Part shown: piece after piece, positions 46,975 to 60,159 of the stretch
Layout of the letters: every line of letters begins with the position of its first letter
Position numbering within the stretch: position 1 is the first letter of the stretch
Origin: Adineta vaga
Taxonomy: Eukaryota; Animalia; Rotifera
Direction of reading: 5' to 3'
DNA: 64,000 nucleotides
Assembly (NCBI GenBank): GCA_021613535.1
Contig: CP075493.1
Coordinates: 4,526,001 to 4,590,000 of the forward strand
Program-made: the position numbers and the translations under genes
The notes under the pieces: model-generated
Told to the model about the DNA's origin: nothing
Databases searched by the model: none
What the model saw: only the letters and a program-made list of their open reading frames with translations

Positions 46975-47550
46975 ATCAGTATGGAAATGAAATGCATAAA
47001 TCATCAAAGGCAAACTCTGTTCCATTTTGTGCTAGGCCATCCACAGGAGTACCTCCTGAGGCTGTGAAAATCAGCATATCTAGATTTGTACAACTACCAC
47101 AACTAATAGTTGTCGAATTCACTGTGTTTATGAGGAAACTTCCAGATATTTTGTTCACACCAAAACGATAAGCATATATCCACCATTCGAGATTTAAACG
47201 CCAACCAGCTGATATTTTAACTTGATCAAATGAAAAACTTGTACCATTTGCTGATTGTATTCGAACAAATGCACCTCCTGGATTATAAGCAACATATGAT
47301 GGAGAACTTTGAGCTATTGGATAGCCACTCAATGGTACTGTTGATGAATTGAGATACATGACATTGGTCCAATTGAGATTATTATAGCCATTTGGTACAA
47401 TACCAGATGTTGCAGTTTGCCCAGCAATATCATCAAATGTTATACGTGTTGTACAGACTAAGATAGAACGAAAGATAATACAAAAACTAGCATAATACAG
47501 GTAAAACAGATGGACACTTACAAGGTTTTGTAGTGGTTGTGGTTGTCGTC
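46975..47550. repeat. Direct repeat copy A (matches 49561-50137)
   Basis: Two substitutions seen across the ~480-bp exon; similarity extends through the intron into the end of the stalk exon. Confidence 0.95.
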
Positions 47551-48261
47551 GAAGTAGTTGTCGCGGATGTTGTGGATGTTGTTGTCGCTGTCGTAACACT
47601 GGTAGTGGTAGCAGTAGTGGCCGAAGTTGATGTTGTACTGGTTGATGAAGTTGTTAGTACGAGAACTTGTTGTTGAAGTACTGCTCGAAGAAGTGGATGA
47701 ACTAGTTGAAGTAGTTGTAGTCGTTGCACTTGTAGTAGTTGCAGTCGTTGCACTTGTACTAGTCGTCGATGTTCCTGTAGTTTGTGTAATAGCATTTGCC
47801 GTTTTAGCTAAAATCAATGATTGATATCTATGTATACTGATAGTCTATAGAAATCTTTTTTTTCTAATTTTTGACAATAGAAAAAAAGAAGATAGAATTA
47901 AAAATATGAAGATGTATTCACCTGGACTGACTAAATAGAGTGAGAGAAGTGTTGCAAAAGCTATTCCCATAGTTAATGCACCAGCAATAAGACCGAGTAA
48001 AACTGGTGTTGAACATGGACAGCAGCAGAGTGAACTACATAGATTAAAATATTACAAATAACAAATAAGAACATGGCAATATAAATAATACTCGAAAAAA
48101 CCGGATTTTCTTTGTCGTCGTCGTTCATACTCTGAATCATTGTTTTGTATTTTCTTTTCTTGACTGCTGTATGATGTATTCTCTAGATCATCATTCTCAA
48201 TATCCATCATTGCCGGTAGTTGCAACGGAGACCCTGCTTCTCGAAGTTTTTGTTGAGACAT
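46976..48261 (-). CDS. TM + Thr-rich stalk + ITFDD-type C-terminal domain protein, copy 1 (apparent frameshift near 47655)
   Basis: Exons: MSQQKL.., TM LLGLIAGALTMGIAFATLLSLYLV, Thr stalk, terminal domain RITFDDI..PNGYNNLNW..FAFDDLCI. Confidence 0.7.
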
Positions 48262-49560
48262 AGCAAAGGAAAGATGAATATCAGCCGATGAAAAGTTATG
48301 TTCTTCAGTGATCAAAAAACAATAGAGATTTATATCAAGTGCTTGTTTACTAACACGCCTTTGTTTTCAACTAATCGAATTTTCGTTTTCGTCATCATCG
48401 AACATATGCAAAGTAGATCTGTTTTTATTTGGTCTCAAATATAATTATTTTTTAGTTATTTTTAATGAAAGTGAATCGTGTATTTAAAACATTCCTGAAA
48501 TCAGATCAATCCTTTCAAAAAGGAAATGCTGCTAGGCATTTGTTATAGTGATGATTTCGAAATACATTTCTCATTCTTTTAAGTTCATATATCGAGTTAA
48601 TAATAATTCAAAAACAAAATTATACTACTTCAATCGAAAACAATATAAAAAAAATATCTCGTGCATGTATATAAATCAACATAGCTGAATGAATTTTAAA
48701 TGAAGTATCAGTCAGTGCAAATATAAAATTCGTTCTAAAGTAGTTAATAATAAGAGATACGTTATACTGAAATATGTTTTTGAACGTCATCATTGGATAC
48801 GTTCTCACATTGTAACGCACGAAATTAATTTAGTTTGCTAAATCGGTTAGAGAAGACAACAAAATGTTTGTGTATTCACGTATTCTATTGATATATAGAT
48901 GATTAATTAGTTAAAAGAACATTCCTAATCATTTTTCTTTTTCAATAGAAACTTTACGTCCTTCCTTAGTGTTTGTGAAACAATTAAAGTAATCTAAGAA
49001 CTTTGGCTCTAGGAAAGTATATCGCTGACGTATACAATCAAATTATATTTCGTATAAGTAGAAGTCTAACAGATAAAACTGGATAGAAAATCTCTATTCA
49101 AATCAGTGCTTGCTACCTTTTTCATATTCAAACTTAAAGTGAGGACATATCGAAGAATTCTATCAATGGAATATTTAATGTTCTTATTAATAATTTTTTA
49201 ACTTCTATACGATTTCATCTCGTGATTACATTGAATACAAAAAAGTAAAAATGAAAGAATAATTACATTTTCTCATTTTTGTATCCAATTGTTATAAAAT
49301 ATGTTTCACGTAAGAGACTCGTGTGCTTGTTTAACTACATCGTAAGCAACAGGATTCGATACCTATATATATTTGTTGAATAAATGAAATAAGATAACTA
49401 GTTAATACAATTCACAAAAAAGTAAATGTAACAAATCGGACATAAACTATGTTAATTGTGGAATATGAATAGATAGAATCTAATTATTATAAAAAATGCA
49501 TTAGTATAAAGTATTGGAATACATTCTTTTCAGATCAACATTAAGTATTTGGTTTGACGC

Positions 49561-50137
49561 ATCAGTATGGAAATGAAATGCATAAATCATCAAAGGCAAA
49601 CTCTGTTCCATTTTGTGCTAGGCCATCCACAGGAGTACCTCCTGAGGCTGTGAAAATCAGCATATCTAGATTTGTACAACTACCACAACTAATAGTTGTC
49701 GAATTCACTGTGTTTATGAGGAAACTTCCAGATATTTTGTTCACACCAAAACGATAAGCATATATCCACCATTCGAGATTTAAACGCCAACCAGCTGATA
49801 TTTTAACTTGATCAAATGAAAAACTTGTACCATTCGCTGATTGTATTCGAACAAATGCACCTTCTGGATTATAAGCAACATATGATGGAGAACTTTGAGC
49901 TATTGGATAGCCACTCAATGGTACTGTTGATGAATTGAGATACATGACATTGGTCCAATTGAGATTATTATAGCCATTTGGTACAATACCAGATGTTGCA
50001 GTTTGCCCAGCAATATCATCAAATGTTATACGTGTTGTACAGACTAAGATAGAACGAAAGATAATACAAAACCTGGCAAAGTACAGGTATAAGATATTGA
50101 CACTTACAAGGTTTTGTAGTGGTTGTGGTTGTCGTCG
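49561..50137. repeat. Direct repeat copy B (matches 46975-47550)
   Basis: Offset of 2586 bp from copy A. Confidence 0.95.
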
Positions 50138-50704
50138 TAGTAGTCGTTTGGCCTGTGGAGGAAGTGCTCGTTGTTGTTGTCGCTGTTAATGTGGTAGTGC
50201 TCATTGTTACTGTTGCTGTTGATGTAGTAGTAGTAACAGTAGTCGCAGTCGATGAAATAGTACCAGTAGTAGTAGTATTGCTAACAGTTGAGTTTGACGA
50301 CACAGAAGTGAAATTACCTAGAGAACTGTCTGAGATATTCAGAAGAATATTTATTATCATTTTTACGCGTATTAGTCGTCACGTTTGTTGATCCTATAAA
50401 TATAGTGCTCGTTGTTGTGCTATCGATAGCAGCAGATATGGCGGAAATTAGGAGCGATAATTTATTTAATTATCTGGATAAAAATGAAACAGTAATTAGT
50501 AACAGTATTATTCACGATCATTTTTGGATATAGAATGAAAAAGCTTATACCTGATTTGCCAAATACCATTACTAGCGCTGTAGTGGTGCCTGCAGCACAT
50601 AGTAAAAAACCGATGGTCATAATATTCAGAGATGCTTTCGATGAAGTAAAAGCATTCTTTCTGCTTGTCTCAGTCGTCATGTCCGCGGTAGTATGAGATA
50701 GCAT
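49562..50704 (-). CDS. TM + Thr-rich stalk + ITFDD-type C-terminal domain protein, copy 2
   Basis: MLSHTT.. TM IMTIGFLLCAAGTTTALVMVF, Thr stalk, terminal exon nearly identical to that of copy 1. Confidence 0.72.
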
Positions 50705-51229
50705 ATTAAAGAAATATATGTCATTTTGGATATGATTTTTGGAACGATTGACGAATTGTTTTGAATAGTCAACTTGTTCGATGTTAAAATCAAAATAAAA
50801 AAGAACTTGTAAGGTTGTTTATCATGTCTCTTCAGTATCAGTTTTGGAGATTTTGCAAAAATAGTTCAATTTCTAGCAAAGCTAAATTGATAAATCATCA
50901 AGTACAAATTTCAAATGAAATTACAGAAAAATAAAATCGATATTTGTTATAGTATTAAAATCTAATTACAAATCAATATGACATCACTATCATCATTATG
51001 TATTTAGTTTTGTTTAAATTCGACATTTGTGTTCGTCAAGTGGGAGATAATGACTCAACGAAAATATTTCCCATTTTACGGGGATACAAATTGACAAGGT
51101 AAGGTATGTCATCAATGTACAAATGATAGATATACACTGACGCTATTTTGTTTGTCATTCTGTTCTATTCTAAGATACAGATTTCTATATAAATCTCATT
51201 TCGACATCTTCAAATCTATATTTCTTCCA

Positions 51230-51804
51230 ATGACTACAATCGAACAACCAAAGAATACTATAAAAAATGATCAGATAGATATAGTGATCTGTGATCCAAG
51301 CACCTATATACATTACATCGAAAGTATGGTTTTCTCAGATTACATCCATGTCTGTTGGTTATCTTTCATTGTATATAATATTTATTTCTCTATCAACTTT
51401 TTAACTACTTATTGGTATTCATCATTTGAATGATTGTCCTAGTGAACGTTTTATTCCTATTTATTTGATTCTGGTCAGTGTAGAAGCAGTAGTTTCTACT
51501 TTTATTTTTACTCTTGGGTTGTTTGATCTGGCTTAGTTTATTGCTGTAAGTATTTGCGAAGGTAACCTTTGATTTTTATCTATTTTAAATGATAAATTAT
51601 TCATAGGATAATGTATGGGTATTTCGAACACAATATTTTGTTCAATTTACTAATTCAAATGCAAATCGAAATACGTTCTATGAACGTTCCATCTGTAGAT
51701 ATGCTGCATTTTGGACGATAATTATTATCTATATTTGTATTATTTGTACATGGAGTGTGAAACTTTTTATCAAATGTTGTCGACCAAATAAAAGTTCGAT
51801 ATAA
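51230..51804 (+). pseudogene. TMEM272-like membrane protein pseudogene
   Basis: CPSERFIPIYLI and LFDLA*FIA|DNVWVF motifs (family consensus recalled as CP...IPIYLIV and WFIAGNVWV), with a stop and frameshifts. Confidence 0.6.
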
Positions 51805-52214
51805 ATACGTTTAACTGAATATTTGTATCTGTACTGAAAAAACTGGTAATTATTTATCTTCTTCAGTGTATCAATTCTTAGAGTCATGCAAGTTAATTCT
51901 TCAAAAATTTATTAGAAAATTCAAATGATCACATGTCAATGCTCATATGTATTTCTTTACATGATTATATAGTTCAGATTTGTCTTTCCTATAAACCTAG
52001 TGACATGATCTTTAGGAAGGACAAGTGATTAATAATAAAGTAGGTTTATTATCACGAACAAAAAAACTTCATAATAAGAAGAATAACATTTTACTTTGTC
52101 CTCTTTTTACACATATCTGTTTTAAATAGACAGAAGGTATTGAAAATAATGTTAAATTTTCCATTAAGATTTATTATTGAAAAAATGAAGAGAGAGAGAG
52201 AGAGAGAGTAAAAT

Positions 52215-53243
52215 TTACAATTGACCTTTCCTTCTATACATAAGATGAGTCTGTCTTTCATTGCGATCATATCGTTGTCTATTTCCGTAAAGACAACATA
52301 GAATTTTTTTCAATACATTTATCCATTGATGTCGAAATATCTCCGATGAACATAAATAAATAAAAAAACTTGTATAATTACTCCAAAAAAGTAGATATGA
52401 TGTCTGATGAATAAGATTTTCTTTTGCTTGTAATAATAAGGATTTCGAACCATACATACTACTTAACCAATAACAGTTAAAAACTGAATATGGTATGGAG
52501 GCAATTGTCGATTTGATTGATTGAAGAATAAGCATGAAGATTAGTTGTTGATTAATTCGTCGAATATGTACGGATCGATATTTTGTTCGTCTATGACGAT
52601 GATGAATATTCTTATGTGTAAGATAACCAAATATCATCATAATAAGGGGAGGTAGAAATCCATTAAATATACAAACATAAATTAATTGTACAACATAACA
52701 AGTTATATGACGAGCAGGATTTGAACATATATAACGATTTTCTTGAAAAGCATGATAGAAACGTGTTGCACAAAAGAGAATTGGAATCGAAATAATTGAC
52801 CAAAAACAAAGAATTAATTTAATGCAACGAATACCAATATGACGACGAGCATAATACCAACGAGTACTTTCTGAAGAACTTAATAAATATTGTGAAATAC
52901 TAGCAGATGCTGTTAATGTTCCTGATGATACCGTAAAAACATAGGCAAAATAACTTTTCGTTTTACAATAAGCTAAATTATTTATTGTCCAATCATAATG
53001 AAAACCATATTGAAGAATATTTGCTAATGGTTCAAGACTTAAATGCATAAAATCACATATCGATGCTACAAGAAGATAGAGTGAACAAGCGCGACTACTA
53101 TATGTTTGTTGAAGAAATGTTCCAATGTTCATAATTGTACCAAATAAACAAACAATATACAAAAATATACCTATGTATTTAGTTAGCTGCTCCGAAAGAT
53201 AATTATAATGGAGTAAACGTAAATCATTCGTAGTGTTTGTCAT
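52215..53243 (-). CDS. Orphan class A-like GPCR, intronless
   Basis: FGTIMNIGTF, CSLYLLVASICD, YCKTKSY, PPLIMMIFG, QQLIFMLILQ, NYTSFFIY..SEIFR. Confidence 0.85.
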   Translation of the reverse strand: MTNTTNDLRLLHYNYLSEQLTKYIGIFLYIVCLFGTIMNIGTFLQQTYSSRACSLYLLVASICDFMHLSLEPLANILQYGFHYDWTINNLAYCKTKSYFAYVFTVSSGTLTASASISQYLLSSSESTRWYYARRHIGIRCIKLILCFWSIISIPILFCATRFYHAFQENRYICSNPARHITCYVVQLIYVCIFNGFLPPLIMMIFGYLTHKNIHHRHRRTKYRSVHIRRINQQLIFMLILQSIKSTIASIPYSVFNCYWLSSMYGSKSLLLQAKENLIHQTSYLLFWSNYTSFFIYLCSSEIFRHQWINVLKKILCCLYGNRQRYDRNERQTHLMYRRKGQL

Positions 53244-54837
53244 TTTACTCAAAGAAAAGATAATGTATGTATGTAAAGAAAAGTAAATTATATATAGAAG
53301 TTAGGGAAACCGTAGGTTGTGTTTTATCTCATATAAAAGAACTTTTAGATCAGTGAAAAAACGGATAAATAAAACGAAGATTAGCCTTTAATAACATGTT
53401 GGTAGTTTTGAGAAAGGAAAAAATAACTGTTATTTGACGTATTTGTATTTTTTTTATGACATTGGTAACATTCTACTTATTATTGATGGAAGAAAAAGAT
53501 CTGTTTTCTTTTTGAATAAAATCATGTCACTGTTTTATTTCTTTACAGTTCAGACGTGTGTTAAATATTCATTATAGCCTTTTGAGTTAAAAGAATATAT
53601 CTTATAAAAACTAATTATTCAATATACATAAGTCTGCGGATATAATATACTTTTGTTTTCCTGAATAGCCAAAGTAAATAGATTTTACTTGAGAATACTG
53701 CGATTCTATTATCTAATGAAATAAGAGCTCAAAAATTAGGTTTCTTTCAATTAATTTTTAAATAGTCTGTTTGACGTATGAGTATAAAGATCAAAAAAAG
53801 CTTCATTCTTCCATGTACAATCATAAATCAAATAACAAAAGAGTTCATTGAGTATCACCTAACCTATACTGACGGTTGATTTCAATTCATACGTTTTTAC
53901 TAATATTTTATTTTAAATTATGTCATTTATTTCAATATACTTCATACGAAGATTTTCAAAAATGAATTATATCTGACGTTGAATTGGTCTTGAGGATTAG
54001 AAGTTGTTTTTGCTATCGATAAACAGTTCATTAACACAGTATTATGACAGTTGAGTAGAAAATAATCAAAAAAAAACATCGCGATACGTTCGGGAAGAAT
54101 TAAACTCTTTTTTTTTCTTTGATAAGAGAGTGTGAAGAACCACTGCTTTCAACAAATAAGATTTAAAAGCAAATTAACTACATATGTATGTGAGAAAAGA
54201 AATTTAATGTCAATAGTAAATCTTACCAAAGAGACTTAGTTTAGTTATCTGTAAACGAAGATAGTAGTATCAATCTAAAAAGCTTTTTGTGTGTCATGTA
54301 AATACATGGGTGATGTATTTTATAAGTGAATAAGATCTCGATCGTTGTGCAAGAGAAAAGCAAAATACTCAAAGACCTATAGATTAATCAGCGTGATAAT
54401 CTACTCTCATATGATACTATTTTTACATTTGTCTATTTCGACAGGGAATTCAGCAGATAGAAAATGAGACGAGGAATGAAAAGTAAAGTTGTAATTAAAG
54501 TTCTTTTGCATGAAGCTCAAGGGAAATTGATGACTGACTAGTGAAAGATGTATAGAATAACTCATTCGAAAATTCCATGTATAAACATATCTTGAACAGA
54601 CTATCTGTCAAGAAGAAAAGTTCTTTTCAACTAAATATTTAGATTACATCTTGTCGTTGATAGAAGCTTAGACTTTTTTTTGAAAAGAAAAGAAACGAAA
54701 TTAAAATTTAAAAAATCTTTCAAATATTTAGTAGGATCTATTACATTATTCAAAAAAGCTTACAGAACTGAGAATATTTCATATGGAACTTATTTCGTCT
54801 GTATTTTATTGACAAAAAAACTAAAACTGCACAAAAT

Positions 54838-57800
54838 TCAATCAAAAAAGTCAAAAATTTGAATAATTGTCATTGAATTGTCCTTCTCAAATGGTACACA
54901 TTCTTGTAGAAATGTAAATAAATATTTTATATTCACACGAACATAGACAATTGTTTGGTTTTTGTCCACCGGATTTTTATATTCAAATACAATATCAAGG
55001 TTTGATCGTTGTTTTAACCATAGAAGACGTTCAGTATTATTATTGTTAATCGTTATTTCAATTTGCATTGATTCAGTTACATTTGATATCGATATAAGTT
55101 TGATTTTTGATTGATGAGAAGCTAATTTTTTCAATATAGATGTAAAACTACCATGGCGAGGTACGCGTACAGCGTAGAGACCATCTTTTGATAACTTTTG
55201 TATATCATCAATATTTTCATCAATACTTTGTTTAAAATCAAAATTATCATCAATATTTTCAAGAATCAGTTGTTCATATTCAGGTTCCAATCGAATACCG
55301 CCAACATATCGAATAAGAAAAGAAACAATTGATAATTGAATAAATGCTCCTGTTAATAAAATACCAACAACACTATTCATAAGAAATCCAGTTGAAGTCA
55401 AAACAGCTTTTTTAAAACCATATTTTCCAATAGCTAATTCTGTTTCTGTGCGAAATAATGACCAATAAATCGAAAGAAATTTGATAAACGGAAAGAAAAA
55501 GAATGGAGTATGATTTAAATAGTGTCCAAATTGAGTAGCTATACGCACAACTAACCATTCACATGGTCGATAATAATTTGATTCAGGTGAAGCTTTGATT
55601 TGATGAAAATTTACATTTTCAGTTATTTCATTTATATCATTTGTATTCATTTTTTCTTCACGTTCGGGTTTACGTACAACAATCATAATATCATCTGTCG
55701 GATCATCTTCCTGTTCATTGTAAACGAATGTATCTTGAAAACCAGCTTGTCTTAAACAAGAACGCCATTGTTCAATAGTACGAAATGCTCGTATTTCATT
55801 GATTTCTGATTCATAATCAACACGAGTAACTGCATTGAAAACCATATGTGCAACATCTAATAATGGTTTAAGTTCTTCGTATGCATGATGTTCTCGAAAG
55901 AGAAATAAACCATTTGGACGAAGAATTCGATGAATCATTTGAAAATAAATCTTCAATTGATCTTGTGGTAAATGATGTAAACCCATATAACAAACAACAA
56001 GATCAATTGATTCACTTGGAATAGGTACATCAGTTAGATTCGAAAAATTATATGGAATAAAAGTACCAATTGAAAAGAGACTATTTCGTTCAACAATATC
56101 TGTTAAACGTTCACGTTCATTCACAATATAAACACGACCATCTTTTATTTTCAATATTTGACGTAATTCATTAATACATCGACCACCATCACCAATACTA
56201 ACGATATCTTTAATCTAAATAAAATACAAGAAAAAAAAACATTCAAAGGATAAAACGATGAACAGTATTTACCTTTCCACAATATCCTAAATGTTTGAAA
56301 ATTGTAATCTGCTGTCTTAACATATCTTTAATTTGCGATCGAAGTTGACGAATTTGTTTAATAATTGCAAATATTTTTCGCATAAAAGCAAACTGTCGTG
56401 TTTTTAACGTATGTTCTAATTCTCGATAGATATCATGATCATTTTTATTCATTGGATTTCTTACAGCTCGATTGACATAATTGAAAATTACATGAGCAGG
56501 TTCAGCATTGAAAACTGTACGAAGAAATTTACGAAATTTTTCTCGGAAAATTTCATCTGTAATCACTCGATGAAATGAATTCATTCGACGTTGTTCAACA
56601 ATAACAAATTCATCAGTCAATAATTCGATTTCTTTCGATTGTTGATCATCTCTACGAAAAGAAGTATCTCGTTCAGGTCGAAAATTTTCATACCAATCAT
56701 TTGAAAACAATCCAATGGGATCATAAGTATGTTTTTTTTCGAAAAATTCTGCAAACATTGGATATGCTTGAAGAATTTGTTCATAGGAATAATGTTGTCG
56801 ATAAGGAAGATAGAATGTTCCATGACATTGAAAAGCTAATTGAATTAATTGTTGATGAATATCTTTTACTTCATGATCACCGAGGTCATTACGTTTAATT
56901 CGAAAATAGAAAACAAATGCATAACAATCATTTCGTTGTGCATAGGCAAGAAATGTTAAATCATCTTTCTTAACAAATCGTATGGTTAAATTTAATAGAA
57001 AGACATTATCATAGTGCTTTTGAAGTATTGGTATTAATTGAGTATACCATTGATGAAAATAATCTTTAGGAATGAAATATTCTTGAAGAATAAATGTATC
57101 ATCATAATATGTTAGAGGTTGATAGAGTAATGCCATTGGTTTAGCTGATTCGTACATGGTAGTATTTCGATCGGTTGAATAAGTTAGATCTAATGGTTGA
57201 GCAGCGATTTTTTCTAATGCAAAACGTATTCGACGAAATGGACGATGTTGAGCAAGATAAGTGTAGATTAAATGTTGACGTGGATGCATTACACGTGCTT
57301 CATCACATAAATCAGCAACAGTACCTGATGTTCCTGATTCTTGACGAAAAACAAACATTAAAATATTATTTGGACGAACAAGATCTACACGAGCTATTTT
57401 AATTTCAATCGTTGGATCATTGAGAAAATCTTCATAATATGTTGAAAATTGATCAGACTATTGATGACAGAAAACATAAAAAGACATCTCTTTTCTAATA
57501 GAAAGTTTCTACCTGTAATCGTATATATTCTAGTGAAGTTTTCACATTTGCTACTGTTTTTAATCTTAATCTTGTAATAATTCCAAAAAGTCCATAACCA
57601 CCAATCATTAATGAAAATAATTCCGAATCTTTTTCTCGATTACATTCATTTTTCTTTCCATTCATATCAATATATTCAATACTAATAACTGATTCATACA
57701 TAGCATAATCAGACGTTATACCATGAGCATTGACTGATATAGTTCCAGCTACACTAAATGTACAATAACTTTGCATGACGACAGGTGATCGACCATAGGA

Positions 57801-58913
57801 ATTCAATTTTTTAATCACATGTGTCCATGTTGCACCAGCCTCAACGAGAACTTCTTTCGTTGATTCATCATATTCAACACGATTGAGATATTTCAAATCA
57901 CAAACATAATCTCGTCTATTTCGCTTTCGAGATGGTAATGTTTGTCCACCCATGGTATGTGCTTGTCCACGAACTGATATTGTTCGATCTTGAGATTTAG
58001 CTTGGCAAATTAAATATTCGATATCATTTATTGTACGAGGATAGAATAATGAATAAACTTGAGTTTCATTTAAACGTGAAACATCATCGAGTAGAATTTC
58101 ACCGGTAAAATCTAAATTAAACTTTGATTTCGACCAAAACCATTGATAGAATTGATAGAAACAGATGAAGATAATTATCAAACCTATAATCGAACGATTA
58201 GTTAAAAAATAATAAACTCCAATCGAAACATTTGGAAATAATCGAATCATTGTATTCAATACAATTAAACTAAGTACAGATAATGGTGTAGGAATTGTAA
58301 TCATCAGATATTCTCGAAGAATTGTCATTTGTTTTGTAAATATTTTCAGAAAACGTTTGGAAATTCGATAAGTTAAACGATTGGTTAATGATGTATAAAT
58401 ACCAAGTAAGAAGAGAATAATTGTCATCAAAGTTGAATAACGATGAAGAGTTAAACTTTTACGAATTTCTTGCCAATATCCAATTTGAACGACTGTTTGC
58501 GGAGATCGTTCATCATTATCATCGTCACCGGTATTGAAAAATGTGAATGAAAATAGAGAGAATTTAAAAATAAGAATTAATATATAAATAAAAACGGGAA
58601 CTTCAATAATAGTTGGTTTTCGCATAAGTGATTTTATTACTTTTCGAAAAATATCCAAGCATTTTTGAAGTGATGTAAAAAATTTTGGTATTCCCAATAA
58701 ACAAATAAGAAGAATTAATGTTGTGGCAAGAGTATTGATTTTCCATAGATGGAAAATATATGAAAAATATTGAATAATATTCAAAAAATCCAAACGAAGT
58801 AATATTCGAAAAAGTTGATAAAACCAATCCGAAAGACAAACTACTGCCAAGGCATAGGCGATATACATTTTTTCAGCACGATTTTGTACCATTGGTTTTA
58901 TATTTCTCTCCAT
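54838..58913 (-). CDS. ~1320-aa fusion: multi-TM N-terminus + FAD-binding (PCMH/VAO-type, ALO/DprE1-like) oxidase + class I SAM methyltransferase + C-terminal domain; 3 exons
   Basis: Introns 57458-57512 and 56215-56272 join the three ORFs in frame; SVRGQAHTMGGQ, VEAGATW, SVAGTISVNAHG, GGYGLFGII, GTFYLPY, YDPIGLFSN; DLVVCYMGLHHL..ILRPNGLFLFREH. Confidence 0.88.
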
Positions 58914-60159
58914 ACTTTTGACGATTGTTAGCTGTCAAATGTTTTTTACCAATATTTAAGTATATTCTTGCACAATCATAAGGTAAGGTAATTACTGGAG
59001 GAGAAAGAAAATAAAAGCATGTGTGTGATTCAAGGTTATTGTATTCCGTCGTTGCTGTGGTTGCTTGAATATAATAACACCGATTTCATCAAGCAGAAAA
59101 AAATTATAAATAGGGCAAATGTTTTTCTTTCGCGAGTTTCTTCAAACAACACGCGTTGAATAAACAATGTGAATGTTCTATATGATTGAAAGAATAAAAT
59201 CGATGGATATACTTTAGCAACAAAACAACTATTGATTCATACGTAGAATAATACCAACAGAAAAAGAAATGGAATGGAAGAAAAACAACACATTTATGAC
59301 GTGACTTATTTTTCTCAATCGAATGAAACAGTAGATACTCATGATTATAGGACTATATCTTTGTTGTTATAAATTTCAGTATAATAGGAGCATCATTTCG
59401 AATATCTGATGAATAATGTTGCGATTTATCCAATAAAATTAAAATAAAAAGTCCATCTGTTGAAGTTTGTGTTATGGGCCATAGTTAAGTACTTCTATTA
59501 TTATTGAACACGTTCAAATCAGTAGAGAAGATCTTCCTTTGATCGTCCTTGAATAAATGATCAATTGTTTTCTCGTACAAACATTATCGAACAAAGATTA
59601 TAGACTCGATAAGTTCTTCATCCATATCAACGCCAATTATGTTCATCATCATCTGTTGATGGTTCACTATCTTTAAATCGATCCGATACTCGTGGCGTAT
59701 CATTATTATTGTCATTGATGTTTCGTCTTTCAAATTTTCGATTATGTTAATAAACAATCTGCACATTATTGTTATTATTTAAATCAATTCGAGTTAATTG
59801 AAAATTTGTTAAGGCATATATGACATGATATTCCTCGTCGATCTGTATAGATGTGCGGAGATTCAAAGCACGTGTGATTATTTCACAATGAATTGCATTT
59901 GAAGTCATTTGAATTCGATAGAATTTCTTCATGATAGAGCTCCTCTATATATTCTAGCTGGTTCTTGCACAACAGTTTTATTAGTAATCCTTAGAATAAT
60001 ATTTTCAGCTTCATCGTATAGCGAATATGTAAACTATAGTGGAAAGAAAATATCACCGACAATTTAATAAAAGATTTTATTTAGCTTCCTGTAAAAAGTA
60101 CAAAATATGTTGTAAGATCAGCTATGATTCATATATATGAATTCAATGAAATGAAATAT

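Noticed and set aside
47627-50391. Val-rich plus-strand ORFs at 47627 and 50119
   Set aside because: Antisense shadows of Thr-rich stalk exons
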